Made by a program: the position numbers and the translations under genes. From Macrostomum lignano (Eukaryota), in assembly GCA_002269645.1 (NCBI GenBank), contig NIVC01001388.1, positions 1-64,000 of the forward strand: a stretch of DNA of 64,000 nucleotides, given 5' to 3'. Shown here piece by piece: positions 55,874 to 64,000 of this stretch (position 1 is the stretch's first letter; each line of letters opens with the position of its first letter). A model generated the notes under the pieces. The model was given only the letters and a program-made list of their open reading frames with translations. It searched no databases and was not told where the DNA came from.

Positions 55874-57349
55874 CTTATCGTAAGGGCTTGCTAGCCCTGG
55901 GTACCGTTTCGTTTTGTTATCGTCTCGTCTCAGCCTCAGCTCCAAAAAGTTTGGCGGACCATCGGTCTCTTCATTTCTACAGTGCAGGGGCCCGTGCTAT
56001 AGAAAAGCAGCTACGAGCGCGTAAAGCAATAAAACCATGCATTTTAGGCTACAAGCCTGCGCATTTAATTAGTTGATAAACTAAGTGAATAAAAATGGTG
56101 TAAATGCTATCGTAATGACTTGCTTATGGGCTATTAGAGACCATAAAATTGGTAATTATTGTTTTCAGCAAAACGTGCCCGTTTTCGGCACAGACAATAG
56201 TACATGTACTGAAGAGTTGATTCGGGAGGTGATCAGTCTCCCGAAAACTCCCACTTCCAGACACTTAAGCCTGGGAACAAAATCAGTGATCACTTACTGT
56301 TGCGGGCTCCTCTTCTTTGTCGCGCGTGTCTGTAGAGCTCGTCTCCTTAGAGCTGTTCCTCCCGGGGTAGTCTTCTTGAAGTCTAGAGTCGGCCGAAAGT
56401 GAGAGCGTAACAATTAAATCGACGTCGCAGTATTTCTTCAAGTGCAGAATTCAATATATCCTCGAGTGCCGAAATCAATGTCAACGATGCGCCCTAATAA
56501 CAAAATCAACTTCGATACGAGGTCCTCCAGAAAGGGCGTCTTCTTCTAGAACTAACGGAATCGGAGTCGTGTGCTCCTATCGGTTAATCTAGGATAACCA
56601 AAATCAATCAAATCAATAATCCTCTAAGGGTATCGGAATCGGTCCGCAGATCCTATCCAATCCCTTAGGAAAAGGGAGGCCTCAAACTCAATAGACTCGA
56701 CAAAATCAACTGAACAGTAACGGCCGGCAATAACAATCGCTCTCAATAATCAAAATAACGAAGACTTGAACAAAGCTTACCAATTGGTGTTTCTCTTCCT
56801 CAGAGATATAGCCTCTTCGGAGGCTGCTCCGAGTCTGAGATTTCAGCTCGGATTTTGCGTTTGTATTTATACACAATTTTTCGGCCTTGAGTCGACCTTG
56901 AGCTCAAAACCGGTTTTTTTGATGAGTTCACGAAAGGAATTTTATTATTTGACAGGTGGGGTTTTTGAATAGAAAGGGGTGAGACTTGGGTCACATTCAG
57001 GTTAACATTTACCATATTTGGAAGTTCTAAAAATAGATGTCGAGAACCGGTTTTTTCGAACAATAGCATAGCCACTCGCTGTTTGCGTGATACGACTGGT
57101 ATTACTAAAAATAGAGTATGACACAGCTATTTTTAAATTTGTATTCATAACTTTATGTGACTACTTTTAGTAGGCTACTGTGTTTGAAAATCTCTACAGT
57201 ACATGTCGAAATCTAAGATTTGTGATGTTTTATGATGCAACATATGTTTGTTGAAAGTGGCGTTGATTCTCATTCAGCAGAAATCGTGACACAGTACGAA
57301 ATTCTTCGAAAAAGCTTGTTCTTTGTTAAATTGCCTGGGTCGCCGATCG

Positions 57350-57775
57350 TTGGCTCCCTCATCGTCTGAGCCTAGGTCGCTATCCGAAAACATGACAAAA
57401 AAGACACTCCTACTAACCTAAGAGTAAAATTTGGCCCTTGAAATCTTATCTAGGAGTTAGGAGCTAGAAATGAAATTCGCTCCTTCTATAGGACACGCAA
57501 CACCTAAAATTCACTCCAAGGACCACTAGAAGTTACCGTTGTGGTCCTTGATTCACTCCTTAACGGCAACTCCTAGCTCCTACTCCCCGCTCCTTATTCT
57601 ATAGCACGCGAGAAACTCCTAAATTCACCAAGGAGTCTCCTACGTCCTTAAAGGAGCCTCCTAGCTCTTAAAATTTACTCTTATTTCTATAGCACAGAAA
57701 AGCCATCTAGAAGTTAGGAGTTAGGACACTCTTAAGGATTTAGGACTTAAGAGTATTCTTTAGCACAGGCCCCAG
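57350..57775. mobile_element. Possible end of a PIF/Harbinger-like element (CTCCTA/TAGGAG-rich subterminal region)
   Basis: Dense CTCCTA/TAGGAG/TTAAG motifs ending ...TTAGCACAGGCCC at the Gypsy junction; the partner TIR was not found. Confidence 0.3.
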
Positions 57776-59347
57776 AACTGAAGCCTCGCCACTTGTGCAC
57801 ATCCACGTCCTCATCAATAACCTCCGTGCTCTCGAAGGTGGCGATGCTCTAGTTAGACCGGGCTGCAGCTGAGGTTGCACACCTGAACCGGGATCTTGCC
57901 GCTCTCTTAAGGTATCGCGAACACGCAGCACTCCGATTCTGTCGATGAACTCCTGTGACGGCTCGAAGATGCCCTGTGCCTGCTTGGTCTCTATCGTCAT
58001 GTCCACGACTTTAACTGACCTTGGCGGTACTACGACGACGCCCTGAACTCTGGCGATGATCACTGCCGGTTTCAGCTCGCAGCGACAGTCCAGCTCTCTC
58101 AAGGCAACGTCGTTGATCAGAGAGGTCTGCGCTCCGGTGTCCAGCAGCCAGCGGCACGGCTTGCCGTTTGCCTCTCCAGGAATAAAAATCGCATGAAGCA
58201 CGGGATTGCTCCTTGGGGTTTGTGTGGGTCCCGCACCCGTTGCACCAACCCTTAGAAGTTTCCCGGAGCCTTTGATGGACAGACCGAGGCTTTGTGCCCC
58301 CTCCCAGAGCACTTGTGGTAGATGATCGGACCCGGCTGTTTCTCTCGCTGCTGACATTGCGCTGCACGGTGTCCGAGCTGGCCGCAGTTAAAGCAGCCGC
58401 CTCTTCGCTGTTGACGGCGACGCCGAGTGTCGGTACCGGACTGCACGCTGACCCTCGCGATGAGCTCCTCTATGCGTTTCTCCAGTCGGTCCAAACGGTC
58501 CTCGCCTGGTCCCGCTGCTGAAGTAGCGCCGACGGCTCCGACTGCCGCCACAGACTGTCGCCCAGCCAGCTCTTCCAGCCGAATCGCCCGCTGCAGCAGT
58601 CTCCAGGCTGCAGGTCTCTGCGTCCTCTGCCTTAAGCAGGTTGTCACGAATGTCGGCCTTGAGCAGCTGCAGGAGTTTGAAGCGCACATCTCGGTCTCGC
58701 TGAGCAATTGAGGCCTCCGGTCTGGTTTTCTGGTGTAGCAGCTTCAGGTTGAAGCAGAGCTCACGCAGACAGAGTCTCGGCATCTCCACGTTTCCTCGCG
58801 TAGAAGTCGCTCATGGCCTTAGAGCTGTCGGCTTCACCTCCATACAACATTGTGAGGGTCCTTTATACTTTTAAAGCTCTTTTTGTCTTGTCTCGGCCAG
58901 GTCACAGACGATCAGTTGGGCATCTCCTGTGAGCAGCAGCTTCAATTTATCCCACCGGACCATTTTATCCCGTTTAGATCAGTATTATGTTGGACAGTTT
59001 ATTTTAGATATAAGTGCATTATACATAATTATAGTTTAGTAGATGTCTATTTAAGGGGGATTTGGTTGTCCCAGGTGAGGGGGGCACAGATACTATATAG
59101 TTATATAGTATCTGTGGAGGGGGGTGATTGACCATTGCTATCACCCTTGATGTTGATCTAAGGGGGATTTTGTGCAGGTTGTGCCAGAACTCTCCTCTTG
59201 CCTACTACATGTACTTCAGTGTAATTGCGCAACGTAATGTATACTTCATTCTCTCTGATGCTCAGTGTATTTTGAAAGCTATTCAATCAATAATTTAGAA
59301 GGCTGCAAATGTGACTAAGGTACTTGTATTTTCGAGTGAAGACAGGC

Positions 59348-60072
59348 ATGGCAAAGGTGACTTTAAACCAAGTTTTCTTTTATTCATTGAACAACGAGTA
59401 CGTCGACATTCCCGGGGACAATTTGAAGCGCAAAATTCGAGAAAAAAGTAAAGCCTTTTCTTCCAAGACGGTCAATTGTTCTACAAAGTGAGAAACCGGA
59501 ACTGCAGCAAGAAGAGGCGCCCAGAACAGCAGCGGCGTGCGCTCTTTACGAAGGATGAAGTCAGGGAATAAATCAAAACACTGCACGTCGAGTTACATGG
59601 GATTAAAGTGCACGATCGGCCTCTTTACCACGCGATTCTACAGCGATGTGCTTGTTACACCAATTGTAGAGTCGGTAGTAAAGTCAGGCAATTGATGTGA
59701 GAAGACAATCAAGAAGTTCACCAGCAAACAGCGGGAAATAAATCCGATTGAGGTGCTTACTGACGCTCGACGATTGTTCGGCTTTGTTGTAAAGTGAGTG
59801 TACTCACTGGTTTGGTCTGCTAATTACTGGTGGGGGTTAAGGAATGCGCGTACATGCGCGCTCTGATTGTACATGTACATGCGTTCTCGATTAAATATAA
59901 CAGTAACTCCACCCTTAGTGTGAGAGTTTGAATTTGCTTTCTGAACTAAACTTGACTGGCTTGTCTCTCGCTCACTACAGGCTTCCTCTGCTTGGATTTA
60001 GTTACAATGCCGACCACAACTGAGAGTGGAGATCTTTATATCCTGCCTATATGTTGCAAATTTACGAAAGGG
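59348..60072 (+). pseudogene. Standalone Gypsy-type integrase (Ginger/GIN-like), 5' fragment with stop and frameshift, interrupted by a solo LTR
   Basis: MAKVTLNQVFFYSLNNEY..KRKIREKSKAF..GQLFYK..LHVELHG..RFY..INPIEV..LFG, resuming in frame after the LTR as FLCLDLVTMPTTTESGDLYILPICCKFTK (first Asp motif of the DDE core). It has its own ATG and no RT or RNase H upstream. Confidence 0.65.
59785..59979 (+). mobile_element. Solo LTR, 195 bp, with a perfect 5-bp TSD
   Basis: TGT...ACA termini; GGCTT at 59780-59784 and 59980-59984; internal ATTAAA; removing it restores the integrase reading frame. Confidence 0.85.
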
Positions 60073-60073
60073 G

Positions 60074-63000
60074 ATGTCAACTTAAGCACCAGAATGGAGC
60101 CCGAAGTTCAGCTCCGGACCAAACCGACTGCAATCGATAACTTGTCGGCCCAGACGACTAGAATCGCCGAGACATCCCATCCGGCTCCCTTCCTTGGGGT
60201 CCCAGGGGATAAAGGGGATAAAATGGGGATCTCATGTCAACTTAAGGCTCTGGAATGGAGCCCGAAGTTCAGCTCCGGACCAAACCGACTGCAATCGATA
60301 ACTTGTCGGCCCAGACGACTAGAATCGCCGAGACATCCCATCCGGCTCCCTTCCTTGGGGTCCCAGGGGATAAAGGGGATAAAATGGGGATCTCATGTCA
60401 ACTTAAGGCTCTGGAATGGAGCCCGAAGTTCAGCTCCGGACCAAACCGACTGCAATCGATAAGTTGTCGGCCCAGACGACTAGAATCGCCGAGACATCCC
60501 ATCCGGCTCCCTTCCTTGGGGTCCCAGGGGATAAAGGGGATAAAATGGGGATCTCATGTCAACTTAAGGCTCTGGAATGGAGCCCGAAGTTCAGCTCCGG
60601 ACCAAACCGACTGCAATCGATAAGTTGTCGGCCCAGACGACTAGAATCGCCGAGACATCCCATCCGGCTCCCTTCCTTGGGGTCCCAGGGGATAAAGGGG
60701 ATAAAATGGGGATCTCATGTCAACTTAAGGCTCTGGAATGGAGCCCGAAGTTCAGCTCCGGACCAAACCGACTGCAATCGATAACTTGTCGGCCCAGACG
60801 ACTAGAATCGCCGAGACATCCCATCCGGCTCCCTTCCTTGGGGTCCCAGGGGATAAAGGGGATAAAATGGGGATCTCATGTCAACTTAAGGCTCTGGAAT
60901 GGAGCCCGAAGTTCAGCTCCGGACCAAACCGACTGCAATCGATAACTTGTCGGCCCAGACGAGTAGAATCGCCGAGACATCCCATCCGGCTCCCTTCCTT
61001 GGGGTCCCAGGGGATAAAGGGGATAAAATGGGGATCTCATGTCAACTTAAGGCTCTGGAATGGAGCCCGAAGTTCAGCTCCGGACCAAACCGACTGCAAT
61101 CGATAAGTTGTCGGCCCAGACGAGTAGAATCGCCGAGACATCCCATCCGGCTCCCTTCCTTGGGGTCCCAGGGGATAAAGGGGATAAAATGGGGATCTCA
61201 TGTCAACTTAAGGCTCTGGAATGGAGCCCGAAGTTCAGCTCCGGACCAAACCGACTGCAATCGATAACTTGTCGGCCCAGACGACTAGAATCGCCGAGAC
61301 ATCCCATCCGGCTCCCTTCCTTGGGGTCCCAGGGGATAAAGGGGATAAAATGGGGATCTCATGTCAACTTAAGGCTCTGGAATGGAGCCCGAAGTTCAGC
61401 TCCGGCCCAAACCGACTGCAATCGATAACTTGTCGGCCCAGACGACTAGAATCGCCGAGACATCCCATCCGGCTCCCTTCCTTGGGGTCCCAGGGGATAA
61501 AGGGGATAAAATGGGGATCTCATGTCAACTTAAGGCTCTGGAATGGAGCCCGAAGTTCAGCTCCGGACCAAACCGACTGCAATCGATAACTTGTCGGCCC
61601 AGACGACTAGAATCGCCGAGACATCCCATCCGGCTCCCTTCCTTGGGGTCCCAGGGGATAAAGGGGATAAAATGGGGATCTCATGTCAACTTAAGGCTCT
61701 GGAATGGAGCCCGAAGTTCAGCTCCGGACCAAACCGACTGCAATCGATAACTTGTCGGCCCAGACGACTAGAATCGCCGAGACATCCCATCCGGCTCCCT
61801 TCCTTGGGGTCCCAGGGGATAAAGGGGATAAAATGGGGATCTCATGTCAACTTAAGGCTCTGGAATGGAGCCCGAAGTTCAGCTCCGGACCAAACCGACT
61901 GCAATCGATAACTTGTCGGCCCAGACGACTAGAATCGCCGAGACATCCCATCCGGCTCCCTTCCTTGGGGTCCCAGGGGATAAAGGGGATAAAATGGGGA
62001 TCTCATGTCAACTTAAGGCTCTGGAATGGAGCCCGAAGTTCAGCTCCGGACCAAACCGACTGCAATCGATAACTTGTCGGCCCAGACGACTAGAATCGCC
62101 GAGACATCCCATCCGGCTCCCTTCCTTGGGGTCCCAGGGGATAAAGGGGATAAAATGGGGATCTCATGTCAACTTAAGGCTCTGGAATGGAGCCCGAAGT
62201 TCAGCTCCGGACCAAACCGACTGCAATCGATAACTTGTCGGCCCAGACGACTAGAATCGCCGAGACATCCCATCCGGCTCCCTTCCTTGGGGTCCCAGGG
62301 GATAAAGGGGATAAAATGGGGATCTCATGTCAACTTAAGGCTCTGGAATGGAGCCCGAAGTTCAGCTCCGGACCAAACCGATGCAATCGATAACTTGTCG
62401 GCCCAGACGACTAGAATCGCCGAGACATCCCATCCGGCTCCCTTCCTTGGGGTCCCAGGGGATAAAGGGGATAAAATGGGGATCTCATGTCAACTTAAGG
62501 CTCTGGAATGGAGCCCGAAGTTCAGCTCCGGACCAAACCGACTGCAATCGATAACTTGTCGGCCCAGACGACTAGAATCGCCGAGACATCCCATCCGGCT
62601 CCCTTCCTTGGGGTCCCAGGGGATAAAGGGGATAAAATGGGGATCTCATGTCAACTTAAGGCTCTGGAATGGAGCCCGAAGTTCAGCTCCGGACCAAACC
62701 GACTGCAATCGATAACTTGTCGGCCCAGACGACTAGAATCGCCGAGACATCCCATCCGGCTCCCTTCCTTGGGGTCCCAGGGGATAAAGGGGATAAAATG
62801 GGGATCTCATGTCAACTTAAGGCTCTGGAATGGAGCCCGAAGTTCAGCTCCGGACCAAACCGACTGCAATCGATAACTTGTCGGCCCAGACGACTAGAAT
62901 CGCCGAGACATCCCATCCGGCTCCCTTCCTTGGGGTCCCAGGGGATAAAGGGGATAAAATGGGGATCTCATGTCAACTTAAGGCTCTGGAATGGAGCCCG

Positions 63001-64000
63001 AAGTTCAGCTCCGGACCAAACCGACTGCAATCGATAACTTGTCGGCCCAGACGACTAGAATCGCCGAGACATCCCATCCGGCTCCCTTCCTTGGGGTCCC
63101 AGGGGATAAAGGGGATAAAATGGGGATCTCATGTCAACTTAAGGCTCTGGAATGGAGCCCGAAGTTCAGCTCCGGACCAAACCGACTGCAATCGATAACT
63201 TGTCGGCCCAGACGACTAGAATCGCCGAGACATCCCATCCGGCTCCCTTCCTTGGGGTCCCAGGGGATAAAGGGGATAAAATGGGGATCTCATGTCAACT
63301 TAAGGCTCTGGAATGGAGCCCGAAGTTCAGCTCCGGACCAAACCGACTGCAATCGATAACTTGTCGGCCCAGACGACTAGAATCGCCGAGACATCCCATC
63401 CGGCTCCCTTCCTTGGGGTCCCAGGGGATAAAGGGGATAAAATGGGGATCTCATGTCAACTTAAGGCTCTGGAATGGAGCCCGAAGTTCAGCTCCGGACC
63501 AAACCGACTGCAATCGATAACTTGTCGGCCCAGACGACTAGAATCGCCGAGACATCCCATCCGGCTCCCTTCCTTGGGGTCCCAGGGGATAAAGGGGATA
63601 AAATGGGGATCTCATGTCAACTTAAGGCTCTGGAATGGAGCCCGAAGTTCAGCTCCGGACCAAACCGACTGCAATCGATAACTTGTCGGCCCAGACGACT
63701 AGAATCGCCGAGACATCCCATCCGGCTCCCTTCCTTGGGGTCCCAGGGGATAAAGGGGATAAAATGGGGATCTCATGTCAACTTAAGGCTCTGGAATGGA
63801 GCCCGAAGTTCAGCTCCGGACCAAACCGACTGCAATCGATAACTTGTCGGCCCAGACGACTAGAATCGCCGAGACATCCCATCCGGCTCCCTTCCTTGGG
63901 GTCCCAGGGGATAAAGGGGATAAAATGGGGATCTCATGTCAACTTAAGGCTCTGGAATGGAGCCCGAAGTTCAGCTCCGGACCAAACCGACTGCAATCGA
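60074..64000. repeat. 161-bp tandem satellite, ~24 near-identical copies, runs off the window end
   Basis: The period of 161 is visible in the ORF-track starts (60255, 60416, 60577...); one 160-bp copy has a 1-bp deletion near 62381; only a few SNVs, all in the 5' half. Confidence 0.98.

Larger units (their letters stand above)
50461..58830 (-). mobile_element. Decayed Ty3/Gypsy LTR retrotransposon, fragmented by nested insertions
   Basis: gag with zinc knuckle CFNCGQLGHRAAQC (~58250-58830); protease LLDTGAQTS (~58130); RT (52349-52990: WASNLIIVRKK, RVCVDWRALN, FSTIDMRQGFLQ, TAFYTP, NAPATYQRMM, degenerate VIDD); RT-RNase H connector RRIFGMLSFYRRFVPNFS (52035-52200). RNase H and integrase core are missing; no 5' LTR was seen. 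Confidence 0.88.

Noticed and set aside
59665-59979. Longer 315-bp LTR with TGTAG...CTACA ends
   Set aside because: It has no TSD, and 59665-59784 continues the integrase frame; the 59785 start has a perfect GGCTT TSD.
60074-60400. HDV-like ribozyme fold in the satellite unit (GGACC/GGTCC pairing, UUCCUUG loop)
   Set aside because: No P4, P1.1 or catalytic-C arrangement could be built on either strand.
60255-63842. Series of 122-aa ORFs in the 161-bp satellite
   Set aside because: Each is the same unit read across frames because 161 is not a multiple of 3; there is no sign of coding selection.

Overview
Eukaryotic (animal) genomic DNA with GT-AG introns, GC-rich exons and a very high density of 16-52 bp minisatellites. 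This profile resembles the flatworm Macrostomum lignano, which is an inference I cannot verify here. Three protein-coding genes were reconstructed by hand with consistent splice phases: (1) a 6-exon FAM47-family gene (minus strand, 5096-8939); (2) head-to-head with it, a 10-exon STE20-family SLK/STK10 (Slik) kinase (plus, 11343-39594, ~1446 aa); (3) a 3-exon GPI-anchored Ly6/three-finger protein (plus, 48431-49010). The large SLK intron 7 holds a probable alternative first exon that would give a kinase-less, possibly myristoylated isoform. It also holds a Penelope-type minimal hammerhead ribozyme and a hAT-type MITE carrying a 28S rDNA fragment in which the R2/I-PpoI target core is scrambled. 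All nine SLK introns carry minisatellites, one of them grown from the A box of a tRNA-derived SINE, while no FAM47 or Ly6 intron does. From 50.4 to 60.1 kb there is a nest of decayed transposons: a Gypsy element with its 3' LTR, an I-group/Vingi-like LINE, a Chapaev3-like transposon, and a Ginger-like integrase interrupted by a solo LTR. The window ends in a homogeneous 161-bp satellite with one four-tier G-quadruplex motif per monomer. All coordinates were read by eye; repeat boundaries are approximate (about ±20 bp).
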